DNA from: Candidatus Sericytochromatia bacterium
Lineage (GTDB): Bacteria; Cyanobacteriota; Sericytochromatia; S15B-MN24; VGJW01
Length of the DNA: 64,000 nt
Assembly (NCBI GenBank): GCA_035285865.1
Contig: JAYKHS010000006.1
Location: forward strand, 1 to 64,000
Direction of reading: 5' to 3'
Below are positions 39,188 through 48,787 of this stretch, one piece after another; within the stretch, counting starts at the first letter, position 1, and the number at the start of each line of letters is the position of its first letter. Below the pieces are notes generated by a model. It searched no databases. It was not told where the DNA came from and saw nothing but the letters and a program-made list of their open reading frames with translations. Both the position numbers and the translations under genes were made by a program.

Positions 39188-40313
39188 AGGAATCTTCGGG
39201 CCTGTCGGCACGCAGGCCGAGTTTCCAGCGGATGATCTCGACGATGCGTGCGACGGCACGGCCATCGCCATAGGGATTCACTGCTTTCGCCATCGTCGCG
39301 TAGGCTTCCGGATCGTCCAGCAGCCTCAGCGTCTCGGTGATGATGGTGTCTCGGTCGGTGCCCACCATCCGGACGGTGCCTGCCTCGACGGCTTCGGGAC
39401 GTTCCGTCGTGCTGCGCAGCACCAATACGGGCTTGCCGAGCGAAGGGGCTTCCTCCTGCACTCCGCCGGAGTCTGTCAGGATCAGCGTGGCGTCCCGCAT
39501 GGCCTCGATGAAGGGAAGGTAGTCGAGCGGTGGCACGATCCGCACCTGTGCCATGCCCCCGAGGTGGCGCCGCCCCACTTCCTGAACGAGGGGATTCAGG
39601 TGCAAGGGCACCACCGCGTCGAGGTCCGGGCGTGCCTCGAGGATGGCGCGCACGGCCGAGAAGATGCCCTCCATCGGAGCGCCCCAATTCTCCCGACGAT
39701 GCGCCGTCACCAGCAGGGTTCGGCCCGTGCGCGGCTGCTGAGGGGGCAAGCCCGCGGCAACCTGAAGCAGGGCGTCGATGACGGTGTTGCCTGTTTGGTA
39801 GATGGCTTCATCCGGGATGCCGTCCCGCAGGCAGGCGGCCGCGGCTGTTTCCGTCGGGGCGAAGTGCAGGGAGGCGATCTGCGAGATCAGCCGACGGTTC
39901 ATCTCCTCGGGGAAAGGGTTGTAGCGTTCAGTGGTGCGCAGGCCGGCCTCGACATGACCGACGGGAATCTGCTTGTAGAAGGCACCGAGCGCCGCCGCGA
40001 ATGCCGTCGTGGTATCGCCCTGCACCAGGACCATGTCGGGCCTGTGGTGCTCGAGAACCGGTTCGAGCTGGCCGAGCACGCGGGCCGTGAGGCCTTCCAG
40101 GGTCTGGCCCGCCTGCATCAGGTCCAGATCGACCTCGGGCACGATCTCGAAGAGGTCCAGCACCTGGTCCAGCATCTGGCGATGCTGGCCCGTGACAGCC
40201 ACGCGCGCGTCCAGGTCCGGACACGCGGCCAAGGCCTTGACGAGGGGGGCCATCTTGACGGCTTCGGGGCGCGTACCGAAGACGCTGAGGATGACGGGGC
40301 GACGCTGTTTCAA
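39156..40313 (-). CDS. wecB: UDP-N-acetylglucosamine 2-epimerase (non-hydrolysing)
   Basis: FGTRPEAVKMAP, GHVEAGLRT, PFPEEMNR, TDSGGVQEEAP, NPYGDG; TTG start coupled to the upstream stop. Confidence 0.95.
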   Translation of the reverse strand: MKQRRPVILSVFGTRPEAVKMAPLVKALAACPDLDARVAVTGQHRQMLDQVLDLFEIVPEVDLDLMQAGQTLEGLTARVLGQLEPVLEHHRPDMVLVQGDTTTAFAAALGAFYKQIPVGHVEAGLRTTERYNPFPEEMNRRLISQIASLHFAPTETAAAACLRDGIPDEAIYQTGNTVIDALLQVAAGLPPQQPRTGRTLLVTAHRRENWGAPMEGIFSAVRAILEARPDLDAVVPLHLNPLVQEVGRRHLGGMAQVRIVPPLDYLPFIEAMRDATLILTDSGGVQEEAPSLGKPVLVLRSTTERPEAVEAGTVRMVGTDRDTIITETLRLLDDPEAYATMAKAVNPYGDGRAVARIVEIIRWKLGLRADRPEDSFTPGRPSARA

Positions 40314-41461
40314 GGTGTCGTACCTGACGTGGGCTGGGTGGATGGAGGAGGAGAGGGTGCTGCCGACACGCCGCCGCGCGAGCGTCGAAGGCGCCAGCCG
40401 CCCCAGCCGAGTGCGGCGAGGCTGGCAAAAAGCATTGGCCACGTGCCCGGATTGCCCAAAAGACCGAGGGCCATGCTGGCCAGCGCGAGGCTGATGCCGT
40501 AGATGAAGATGACGGTGGTGCGGTGCGAGAGCCCTGCCCCCAGCAGGCGATGGTGCAAGTGGCCGCGGTCTGGAGCGAAGATGGGCTGACGATTCCAGAG
40601 GCGGCGGATGATGGCGAAGGTCGTGTCGACGATGGGTACGCCCACGATCAGCAGGGGCAGGGCCAGCGCTGCCGCTGTCACCAGCTTGAAGACGCCCATG
40701 ACCGAGATGCCTGCAAGCATGAAGCCGAGGAAGAGGCTGCCTCCGTCCCCCATGAAGATCTTGGCCGGGTTGAAGTTGTACCGCAGGAACCCGATCGTGC
40801 CGCCCAGCAGGGCAAGAGCCAGCGTTGCGGGCAGGAGCTGGCCCGTCTGGATGGCGATGGTGACCAGCGCCAGGGCACCGATGAGCGTGATGCCGGCTGC
40901 CAGCCCGTCCAGTCCGTCGACGAGGTTGATGGTGTTGGAGATGCCGACCAGCCAGAAGGCCGTGATGCCGAGGCTGATCAGCGGCAGGCCCGCGATGGCT
41001 GGAAAGGCCAGCAAGCCGCCATCGATCCAGGACAGGAACTCGATGCGCAGCCCGAGTTTGAAGGCCAGCACGGCTGCGGCCAGTTGGCCCGCCAGCTTCA
41101 CCTTGGCCGACAGCGGATGCAGGTCATCCACGATCCCGAGCAGGAAAACCAGGCCGGCACCGGCAGCCAGCCCACGGAACGGGCCGCCGACCAGCAGTTG
41201 GCGGCCCGGGATCAAATTTTCGACGATGAGCAGGCTGGCAACCACGCCGAGAAAAATGGCAATCCCGCCCAGGCGAGGAATGGGTACCGTGTGGACCTTG
41301 CGGGCATCGACCGGATCCACGCGACCGAAGCGGTAGGCGAAGCGCGTGACCCAAGGGATTGCCAGGTCCGTGGCCAGCCACGCCGCCAGCAGGGTGACGG
41401 TCAGTAACATCGCCCCGTAGGGGCCGAAGGCTCCCGGGTCGCCGGGGGGCAAGGGAGGCAT
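40310..41461 (-). CDS. wecA: MraY-family undecaprenyl-phosphate GlcNAc-1-P transferase (WecA/TagO)
   Basis: PRLGG, GIVDD, NLVDGLDGLA, FMGDGGS, PDRGHLHHRL. Confidence 0.92.
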   Translation of the reverse strand: MPPLPPGDPGAFGPYGAMLLTVTLLAAWLATDLAIPWVTRFAYRFGRVDPVDARKVHTVPIPRLGGIAIFLGVVASLLIVENLIPGRQLLVGGPFRGLAAGAGLVFLLGIVDDLHPLSAKVKLAGQLAAAVLAFKLGLRIEFLSWIDGGLLAFPAIAGLPLISLGITAFWLVGISNTINLVDGLDGLAAGITLIGALALVTIAIQTGQLLPATLALALLGGTIGFLRYNFNPAKIFMGDGGSLFLGFMLAGISVMGVFKLVTAAALALPLLIVGVPIVDTTFAIIRRLWNRQPIFAPDRGHLHHRLLGAGLSHRTTVIFIYGISLALASMALGLLGNPGTWPMLFASLAALGWGGWRLRRSRGGVSAAPSPPPSTQPTSGTTP

Positions 41462-41466
41462 CGGGT

Positions 41467-42747
41467 TCAGGAGGCGGCTCCAGCCGCTGCGGGCGCGAAG
41501 ACGCCCGAATAGAGGGGGTGGGCCTTGCAGAGGCCGAGGACCCGGTCCCTGCAGGAGGCGATGACGGCCGCATCATCCGGGTTGCGCAGCGCGTCGGCGA
41601 TGGCTTCGCCCAGCAGGCGCACAGCATTCTGCCCGAGGCCGCGGGTGGTGATGGCCGGGGTGCCGAGCCGCAGGCCACTGGTCACGAAGGGACTCTGGGG
41701 ATCGTCCGGGATGGTGTTCTTGTTGGCCGTCACCTCGATGCGGGCGAGGACCGCCTGGGCGTCCTTGCCCGTGAGTCCGACGGACCGGGTGTCCACCAGG
41801 ACCAGATGATTGTCGGTGCCGCCGGTGACGAGGGTGATGCCCTGCGCCATAAGGGTCTCGGCCAGCTCGCGTGCGTTGGCGAGGACCTGCTCCTGATAGG
41901 CGCGGAAGGACGGCTGCAGCGCTTCGTGGAAGGCCACGGCCTTGGCTGCGATGACGTGCATGAGCGGTCCGCCCTGCAGGCCCGGGAACACGGCCTTGTC
42001 GAGCGCCTGAGCGTGGGCGGCGCGGCTGAGGATGATGCCGCCGCGAGGGCCGCGCAGGGTCTTGTGGGTCGTCGACGTGACGACGTCAGCGTGGGGTATC
42101 GGGGAAGGATGCACGCCGGCGGCGACGAGGCCGGCGATGTGGGCCATGTCGACCATCAGCACGGCCCCGGTCTCGCGGGCGATGTCGGCAAATGCCGCGA
42201 AATCGAGCGTCCGGGCATAGGCCGATCCCCCGGCCAGCAGGATCCGCGGCCGGACGGCAAGCGCACGCGCGCGGACGTGATCCATGTCGAGGAGGCCCGA
42301 GGCCGTGTCAACGCCATAGGATTCGGCCTTGAACCACTTCCCGCTGAAGTTCACGGGGCTGCCGTGCGTCAGGTGACCACCGTGCGACAGATTCATCCCG
42401 AGGAAGGTGTCGCCCGGTTGCATGAAGGCCATGAACACGGCCATGTTGGCCTGCGCGCCGGAATGAGGTTGGCTGTTGGCGTGCTCGGCCCCGAAGAGCT
42501 CACGGGCCCGGGCGTTGGCGAGATCTTCAGCGATGTCGACGATTTCGCAGCCGCCGTAGTAACGCTTGTGGGGCAGGCCTTCCGCATACTTGTTGGTCAG
42601 GACAGAGCCCATGGCTTCCATGACGGCGGGCGAGGCCACATTCTCGGATGCGATCAGTTCCAGTCCGTCCTGCTGCCGCAGCAGTTCACGGTCCAGCACC
42701 TCTGCAAGTGCAGGGTCGGTCAGGCGCAGGTGCTCGAGGGCGAACAT
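41467..42747 (-). CDS. glyA: Serine hydroxymethyltransferase
   Basis: [31 protein letters not shown]. Confidence 0.98.
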   Translation of the reverse strand: MFALEHLRLTDPALAEVLDRELLRQQDGLELIASENVASPAVMEAMGSVLTNKYAEGLPHKRYYGGCEIVDIAEDLANARARELFGAEHANSQPHSGAQANMAVFMAFMQPGDTFLGMNLSHGGHLTHGSPVNFSGKWFKAESYGVDTASGLLDMDHVRARALAVRPRILLAGGSAYARTLDFAAFADIARETGAVLMVDMAHIAGLVAAGVHPSPIPHADVVTSTTHKTLRGPRGGIILSRAAHAQALDKAVFPGLQGGPLMHVIAAKAVAFHEALQPSFRAYQEQVLANARELAETLMAQGITLVTGGTDNHLVLVDTRSVGLTGKDAQAVLARIEVTANKNTIPDDPQSPFVTSGLRLGTPAITTRGLGQNAVRLLGEAIADALRNPDDAAVIASCRDRVLGLCKAHPLYSGVFAPAAAGAAS

Positions 42748-42762
42748 GGCGGAAACTCCGGG

Positions 42763-43215
42763 TCAGCGACGGGGCGGGGCCGTTTCGAGGGCGGTGATCT
42801 GCTGGAGACGCGTCTCGTGCCTGCCGCCTTCGAAGGCGCCGGCAAGAAAGGCCTCGACGCATGCGCGGGCCATGTCTTCGCCGATCAGCCGGGCTCCGAG
42901 GCACAGGATGTTGGCATCGTTGTGAGCGCGGGCGAGGTTGGCCGAGACAGGTTCGTGGATCAGCGCCGCGCGGACGCCATCGACCTTGTTCGCGGCGATG
43001 GAGACGCCAATGCCCGATCCGCAGATCAGGATGCCGAGGTCGACCTCCTTGCGCGCCACCGCACCGGCCACCTTGCCGGCGATCTCCGGGTAGTGAACGG
43101 GCTCTGGGCTGTCGCAGCCGTAATCGATGACTCCGTGGCCCTTCTGGGCCACGAGGGCTTCAAGCGTCTCCTTGAGAAAGAAGCCCGCGTGGTCGCTGCC
43201 GATGCCGATGCGCAA
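42763..43215 (-). CDS. rpiB: Ribose 5-phosphate isomerase B
   Basis: GSDHAG, CGSGIG, ANKV, HNDAN, FEGGRH; TATAAT upstream. Confidence 0.96.
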   Translation of the reverse strand: MRIGIGSDHAGFFLKETLEALVAQKGHGVIDYGCDSPEPVHYPEIAGKVAGAVARKEVDLGILICGSGIGVSIAANKVDGVRAALIHEPVSANLARAHNDANILCLGARLIGEDMARACVEAFLAGAFEGGRHETRLQQITALETAPPRR

Positions 43216-43252
43216 GGCCCCCTCCTGCCGATTGTGTCGTCATTATAGCCCA

Positions 43253-43289
43253 GCGGGGCGTGACCGGCGCCGTGCCGGCCACGCCCCGC
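43253..43289 (-). terminator. Hairpin after the lipoprotein gene
   Basis: GCGGGGCGTG...CACGCCCCGC stem. Confidence 0.55.
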
Positions 43290-43299
43290 CGCCGCCCCG

Positions 43300-43875
43300 T
43301 CAGCCCTTGGTCACGGCGGGCATCTGCCCGAGCCGCCGGACGATACGGGTCACGAAGGCCCGCACCACCTCCGCCTGGAAGGTCTCGAGCCGATCCATCT
43401 CGCTCGGCAGGGTCGCGCCCAAGGCCTTGATGCCTTTCTCGTCCAGCGTGTCCAGCGCGTCGAGCTTGGCGTCGAGCAGGCTCACCAGCCGCGAGGGCTT
43501 GTCGATCATGGCCAGGAACTCGAGGTGGACTTCCTCGACGGAACGGTCCTTCATGTCTTGCCAGAGTGCGGCACGCAGGGCCTTGATGCCAGTCTCGTCC
43601 AGGGCCAGCATGCGGCTGCGGACCTGGTTCAGCGCTTCGGCGTCCTCGGGATGGCGAAGCGCCAGGGCGTCGAAGATCGCATTCAGGCGCTGCGTCCGCA
43701 TGGTGGGGATTCGGGCGAGCGCGGCAATGCGTTCGCTGACGGGGAGCTCGGCCAGGGTCGTGACGGCTGGCAAGTCCGGGGACGACGCAGCGGGCTGTCC
43801 GGTGATGCCCGGCGCAGCCTGGCCGCATCCAGCCAGGCCCAGCAGCAGGACGCCCGTGAGCAGGGACTTCTTCAT
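43300..43875 (-). CDS. Hypothetical all-helical lipoprotein with an internal repeat
   Basis: MKKSLL..LAGC lipobox; LDETGIKAL / LDEKGIKAL duplication; strong RBS. Confidence 0.8.
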   Translation of the reverse strand: MKKSLLTGVLLLGLAGCGQAAPGITGQPAASSPDLPAVTTLAELPVSERIAALARIPTMRTQRLNAIFDALALRHPEDAEALNQVRSRMLALDETGIKALRAALWQDMKDRSVEEVHLEFLAMIDKPSRLVSLLDAKLDALDTLDEKGIKALGATLPSEMDRLETFQAEVVRAFVTRIVRRLGQMPAVTKG

Positions 43876-43991
43876 GACCTTCTCCTCCTCCCCGGCCGGG
43901 TAGTGCGACCCGGTCGGATACCCCGGAGCATGGCCATGGCCGCGTCGTGTCCGCGAGGCACGGTTCGAAGGCTGATGCGTCGTCGTGAGCG

Positions 43992-44873
43992 TCAGGAGGA
44001 GGTTCGGGGCGTGCCCGGACGTGCAGCCGTCGGTGGCCGATCATCCCAACTGACCGGACCGTAGCTGCCTTCGCGCAGTTCGGCGAGGAAGCTGCGTCCC
44101 GCGCGCTCGAGGTCCGGACCGCCGGGACCCATCCAGCCGCGCGCAATGGCGAGGTCCGCGAGGTTCCGCGGGCTGCCTGCTGCCTCGTGCACGGCGGCGG
44201 CCATCACCGGAAGTCGGGCCATGGCCACCCGGGCGACCTCCAGAGGATCCATCGCTTCAAGCGGGATGGCGCCGACAAGCGCCAGCTTGAAGGCCACCAG
44301 GCTGTCATCAAGCCTGGGTGGCACCAGCCCGGGCGTATCCAGCAGTTCCAGATCCTTGCCCAGCTTGATCCAGCCCGGGGCCCGCGTGACGCCGGGCTTG
44401 TCACCGACCTGTGTCTTGCGGGCACCCGCGAGGCGGTTGATGAGGCTGCTCTTGCCCACATTGGGCAGGCCCAGCACCATCACGCGCAGCGGCCGTGGCA
44501 ATCGGCCGCGTCGGGCCATCCGGGCGTCGATGGCCTGCTTTTCCCGTTGCAGTCGTTGACGCAATGCGGGCAGGCCCTTGCCGCTGCGTCCGTCGATCAG
44601 CAGGGCCTCGTGGTGGTGTGTCCATGCGCGCGTCAGCGCAGGATCCGCCAGGTCGGTCTTCGTGTAGACGAGAATGTGCGGCTTCTGGCCGATGAACCGG
44701 CGCGCCTCGCGGAATCTGGAGCTGTCGGGAATGCGCGCGTCGGCAACCTCGATGACGGCGTCGACGAGTGCCAGGCGGTCGACCAGAGTCTTCTGGGCCT
44801 TGGCAATGTGCCCGGGATACCACTGGACCTTGGGGAGGTCCAGCGCGTGGTCATTCGGGTGTTCGGGATCCAT
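43992..44873 (-). CDS. ylqF: Ribosome biogenesis GTPase YlqF/RbgA
   Basis: QWYPGH, DARIP, GLPNVGKSSLIN, PGVT, LLDTPG. Confidence 0.95.
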   Translation of the reverse strand: MDPEHPNDHALDLPKVQWYPGHIAKAQKTLVDRLALVDAVIEVADARIPDSSRFREARRFIGQKPHILVYTKTDLADPALTRAWTHHHEALLIDGRSGKGLPALRQRLQREKQAIDARMARRGRLPRPLRVMVLGLPNVGKSSLINRLAGARKTQVGDKPGVTRAPGWIKLGKDLELLDTPGLVPPRLDDSLVAFKLALVGAIPLEAMDPLEVARVAMARLPVMAAAVHEAAGSPRNLADLAIARGWMGPGGPDLERAGRSFLAELREGSYGPVSWDDRPPTAARPGTPRTSS

Positions 44874-44886
44874 GGAGCCTGCAAGA

Positions 44887-44920
44887 CAACGGGGGATGAC
44901 CTGATGGCCATCCCCCGTTG
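44887..44920 (-). terminator. Hairpin after rplS
   Basis: CAACGGGGGATG...CATCCCCCGTTG, 12-bp perfect stem. Confidence 0.65.
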
Positions 44921-44932
44921 CGTCGATTCGAA

Positions 44933-45340
44933 TCAGACGGTGGCGGGTTCGGGCTTGCGGGCCGCAGCAGGCTTGGCGTCACGCGCCTTTTCCTTGATGC
45001 GGGCAGCCTTGCCCTGAAGGCCACGGAGGTAGTAGATGCGGGCGCGACGCACGTCACCACGACGCAGCACTTCGATGCGGTCGATGCGGGGAGAGTGGAT
45101 CGGGAAGACGCGTTCGACACCGACACCCTGGAAGATGCGGCGGACGGTCACGGTCCGGCTGATGCCGACGCCCTGCAACTTGATGACGACGCCTTCGTAG
45201 GCCTGGATACGCTCCTTGCCACCCTCGACGATGCGGGCGAAGACCTTGACGGTGTCGCCGGCGTTCAGGGCGGGGCGGTCCGTGCGCAGGTTGCCGGCGG
45301 CCACGTCCGCAAGAATCTGTTGGGCGTTGAGACGGCTCAT
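44933..45340 (-). CDS. rplS: 50S ribosomal protein L19
   Basis: [42 protein letters not shown]. Confidence 0.98.
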   Translation of the reverse strand: MSRLNAQQILADVAAGNLRTDRPALNAGDTVKVFARIVEGGKERIQAYEGVVIKLQGVGISRTVTVRRIFQGVGVERVFPIHSPRIDRIEVLRRGDVRRARIYYLRGLQGKAARIKEKARDAKPAAARKPEPATV

Positions 45341-45378
45341 TGGACAAACACTCCGTAAAGCAGTAAATCAGGACTCCC

Positions 45379-45407
45379 ACTGTACCCGGACGGCGCGCGC
45401 TTGGCAA
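45379..45407 (-). promoter_or_regulatory. Sigma70 promoter of rplS
   Basis: TTGCCA-N17-TACAGT on the minus strand. Confidence 0.7.
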
Positions 45408-45467
45408 GGCCTCCTCTCCGCCCGCCGAAGCGCCCGGTGTCCCCCTTTCCGAGTCCGAGGAATCCTC

Positions 45468-45851
45468 ATGAGTGCCTTGCAACGCCAGTTCGCCCTGTCG
45501 ATGGACGAGGTGCTCGCCCGCCTGCCCGAGGCATTGAAGACCGAGGGCTTCGGCATCCTCACGGAAATCGACGTGGCAGGTACCTTGAAAACCAAGCTGG
45601 ACGTGAGTTTCCGCCCCTATCGGATTCTGGGTGCGTGCAACCCAGTGCTGGCTCATCGTGCCCTGAGCCAGGACTTGGCCATCGGGACGGTCATGCCTTG
45701 CAACGTCGTGGTCTGGCAGGAGGGCGAAGAGACGGTCGTCCGCATCGTCGATCCCGTGGCGACGGTGCAGGCGGCCTGCGGCGATGCCCTGTGCGATCTG
45801 GCCGAAGAAGTACGCGGCAAGCTCGGGCACGTGCTCGACCGCATCGCCTGA
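45468..45851 (+). CDS. DUF302 domain protein
   Basis: EGFGILTEIDV, YRILGACNP, MPCNVVV. Confidence 0.9.
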   Translation: MSALQRQFALSMDEVLARLPEALKTEGFGILTEIDVAGTLKTKLDVSFRPYRILGACNPVLAHRALSQDLAIGTVMPCNVVVWQEGEETVVRIVDPVATVQAACGDALCDLAEEVRGKLGHVLDRIA

Positions 45852-45856
45852 GCGAA

Positions 45857-46618
45857 TCAGCGCAGGCAGGTTCCGCAGGGCTTGAAGCCCTCGGCCTCGC
45901 CCGCTGCCGCCGACGCAAAGCCCTTGCGGGAGCCCACGGCGATGCGACGGGCCCAGCGGCAGGCGGCCTTATGCAACTTGCCGGTGCGGGTGTTGGCGAC
46001 GAAGGGCGTGTCGACCGGGGTTTCGGCGTGTGTCCGACGCAGACCGGCATCCGGCACGGAGGCCGCCGGAACGCCGCCGCCGAGTGCGGGCTGTCCCACG
46101 CTTGCGGGCGCGGCGCGGCCGCCATGACGAAACTCGTAGGGACTCTGCTTCAGGCCGTCGCGTTTGCTCCAGATACCCTTTCCCGAACCCCGCGCGCCGC
46201 GTTGCGCCGCCAGCAGGCGTTCCGAGAAGCGCACGTTGGGCGGTGCCGTGTAGAGCATCGCGAGGCCCTCGCGCACCAGCGACTCGTTGACCAGTTCGTT
46301 GCCCACGAACAGATAACCGAGCAAGCGACCGTACTTGTCCCGCTCCTGCACATCCGTCTCGATGCGCACAGTCTTACCGGCCACACGACCTTGCGTGAAG
46401 GCCTTGGCCCTCGGCCCCCAGGGTGCCTGAGCCTTCTCTGGGCAGTCGATGCCCAGCAGCCGGATCTTTTCCACACCGTTCTTCGCCGCTACGGCCACCG
46501 TGTCGCCGTCGGACACCCGGACCACGCGCCCCTCGATCACCAGCGCCTCGGCGGGAGAAGCTCCGAGGAAGCCAATTAGGCTAAGCAGGAGCGGCAGCAG
46601 CCGTCGTTCAACTTTCAT
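45857..46618 (-). CDS. Secreted thermonuclease (SNase) with a C-terminal Ada-like metal-binding domain
   Basis: VSDGDT, IRLLGIDCPE, DKYGRLL, LVREGLA; KLHKAACRW...GFKPCGTC. Confidence 0.9.
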   Translation of the reverse strand: MKVERRLLPLLLSLIGFLGASPAEALVIEGRVVRVSDGDTVAVAAKNGVEKIRLLGIDCPEKAQAPWGPRAKAFTQGRVAGKTVRIETDVQERDKYGRLLGYLFVGNELVNESLVREGLAMLYTAPPNVRFSERLLAAQRGARGSGKGIWSKRDGLKQSPYEFRHGGRAAPASVGQPALGGGVPAASVPDAGLRRTHAETPVDTPFVANTRTGKLHKAACRWARRIAVGSRKGFASAAAGEAEGFKPCGTCLR

Positions 46619-48758
46619 GGAAACGCCTGTTCTCGCGGGCCATCGCAACCAGCGTGTCGCAGGGCTTGAATCGTTCGCCGCAGGTTTCCCGCAGGCGCTC
46701 CATTCGGGCCACGACGTCCGCGGCGCCGACCAGGTCGACGTAGCGGAACGGGCCGCCCGTGAAGGGCGGGAAGCCCAAGCCGAGGATGGCCCCCAGATCC
46801 CCGTCCGTGGCGCTTGCGAGGATGCCCTCTTCAAGGCAACGGACGGCTTCGTTGACCATCAAGAGGGCAAGGCGGTCCACCATGATTTGTGCCGGGAAGG
46901 GCTTGCGGGCCGGTCCCCCGAAGAATCCGTAGACGGCAGGATTGACTTGCTTCTTGCCCGACTTGCCTTTCTTGTCGGCAGGATAAAGGTAGAAGCCCTT
47001 GGCGTTCTTTCGCCCGCAGTATCCGGCATCGACCAGTTTCGCTGCAGCCGGACTGGTCTTCCACCCCCGCTCCGCGAAGGCGGCACCCAGGTCTCGCGCG
47101 ATGTGGGCACCCACGTCGATGCCGACCTCGTCCAGCAGGGCGACGGGGCCGACCGGGAAGCCGAAGTCCTTGAGGGCCTTGTCCATGGCCTCGATGTCCG
47201 CACCCTCCTCAAGCAGCAGCATGGCTTCGCCGACGAACGGGGCCAGGATGCGTGTGGTGTAGAAGCCCGGACCATCTTTGACCACGATGCAGGTCTTGCC
47301 CTGCTTGACCCCGTAGGCCAACGCGGTCGACAGTGCCCAGTCCGCCGTCTGGTCCGTCACGATGATCTCGAGCAGCGGCATCTTGGGCACCGGCGAAAAG
47401 TAGTGCATGCCAAGGACACGCTCGGGATGCTTCGCACCGGCAGCGATCTGGCTGATGGGCAGGGCCGAGGTGTTCGAGGCGAACACGGCCTCGGGATGAA
47501 GCACGGCTTCAGTGTCGGCAAGAATCTGACGCTTGAGTTCAAGTTTCTCGAAAACTGCCTCGATGACCAGTTCGCAACCGGCCATGTCCTGCACGTCGGT
47601 CGAGAAAACCAGGTTCGACCATTGCCTGTCGCGCTCGAGGCGGGTCAAGCTCCCTGACTTCTCACGCTTGGCAAGGCCGTCATTCAGGTTCTTGGCGGCC
47701 TTGCCCAGGGAGGCCGCGGTCAGGTCCTTGAGGACGACGGTGTTCTGGCTCATCGAGACGGCGGCGATGCCTTCGCCCATGAAGCCCGCGCCTAGGACCC
47801 CGAGGCGCGAGACCCGACGAGGCGGCGGCAGGTTCTCGCCGGCCTTCTTGGCGTCCGTCATGGCGAGAAACAGTTTGATCAGAGCTTTGCCCTTGCTGTC
47901 GCCGACGAGCGCCCCGAAGCCCTGCTGCTCGGCGGCGGCTCCGGCTGCGAAGCCCCGGGACTGGCCTGCCTCGATGCAGTCGAGGATGCGCAGCGGTGCC
48001 GGGTAGAGTCCCCGAGTCTTGCGCAGAACGTCCTTGCGGGCCTGGTTCAGGATAAAGGTGCGCCCTGGCGCCGTGGCGGCAACCCTGTCGATGAGCGTCG
48101 GTTTGCGCGGCTTGCGGCGCAGTGTCCCCTCGGCCAGCTGAAGGGCCGCTCGGGCGGCCACCTCGACAATCCCCCTCGGCGAGGTCAGGTGATCCACGAG
48201 GCCCAGCTTGAGTGCCTTCCGGGCCTTGAAGCGGCTGCCCGTCAAGATGGCCGGCAGGGCCGCGGCAAGCCCGATGAGGGCAGGCAGGCGCTGGGTGCCG
48301 CCGGCGCCCGGCAGGACACCAAGTTGCACTTCGGGCAAGGCGAGCTGGGTCTTCGGATCGTCGCTTGCCACCCTGTAGTGACAGGCGAGTGCCACTTCCA
48401 GACCGCCGCCCAAGGCCACCCCGTGGATGGCCGCCACGATGGGCTTGCGGCTTGCTGCGACCCGGTCGAGCAGGCGGTGCCCCTCGGTGACCAGAGCCGT
48501 GCCCTGGGCTGCATCGAGCCCCACGAACTGTTTGAGATCGGCCCCCGCGATGAAGCTGTCGGCCTTGGCACTCGCCAGGACGGCAGCCTTGAGGGAGGTG
48601 TCCGACTCGAACCCGTCAAGGGCTGCCGCAAAGTCACCGAAGAACCGGCTGGAAAGGATATTGACTGGGCTGTCTGGCGTGTCGAACCAAAGCACGCCCA
48701 CGCCGTCTGGGCGCTTCTCGAGTCGGATGGCCGGGGGGATTTCTGTCTGGCTGGACAT
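46608..48758 (-). CDS. fadJ: Fatty acid oxidation complex subunit alpha (enoyl-CoA hydratase / 3-hydroxyacyl-CoA dehydrogenase)
   Basis: FIAGAD, GGGLE, PGAGGTQRLP, GAGFMG, SNTSALPI, GMHYFSPV, GFPPFTGGP. Confidence 0.93.
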   Translation of the reverse strand: MSSQTEIPPAIRLEKRPDGVGVLWFDTPDSPVNILSSRFFGDFAAALDGFESDTSLKAAVLASAKADSFIAGADLKQFVGLDAAQGTALVTEGHRLLDRVAASRKPIVAAIHGVALGGGLEVALACHYRVASDDPKTQLALPEVQLGVLPGAGGTQRLPALIGLAAALPAILTGSRFKARKALKLGLVDHLTSPRGIVEVAARAALQLAEGTLRRKPRKPTLIDRVAATAPGRTFILNQARKDVLRKTRGLYPAPLRILDCIEAGQSRGFAAGAAAEQQGFGALVGDSKGKALIKLFLAMTDAKKAGENLPPPRRVSRLGVLGAGFMGEGIAAVSMSQNTVVLKDLTAASLGKAAKNLNDGLAKREKSGSLTRLERDRQWSNLVFSTDVQDMAGCELVIEAVFEKLELKRQILADTEAVLHPEAVFASNTSALPISQIAAGAKHPERVLGMHYFSPVPKMPLLEIIVTDQTADWALSTALAYGVKQGKTCIVVKDGPGFYTTRILAPFVGEAMLLLEEGADIEAMDKALKDFGFPVGPVALLDEVGIDVGAHIARDLGAAFAERGWKTSPAAAKLVDAGYCGRKNAKGFYLYPADKKGKSGKKQVNPAVYGFFGGPARKPFPAQIMVDRLALLMVNEAVRCLEEGILASATDGDLGAILGLGFPPFTGGPFRYVDLVGAADVVARMERLRETCGERFKPCDTLVAMARENRRFHES

Positions 48759-48787
48759 GGCTGAAACTTCCTGGGAGGTGCTGCAGA

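Noticed and set aside
45857..46618. Thermonuclease as a defence or toxin system
   Set aside because: Common secreted SNase + Ada-like architecture, with no immunity or defence neighbours.
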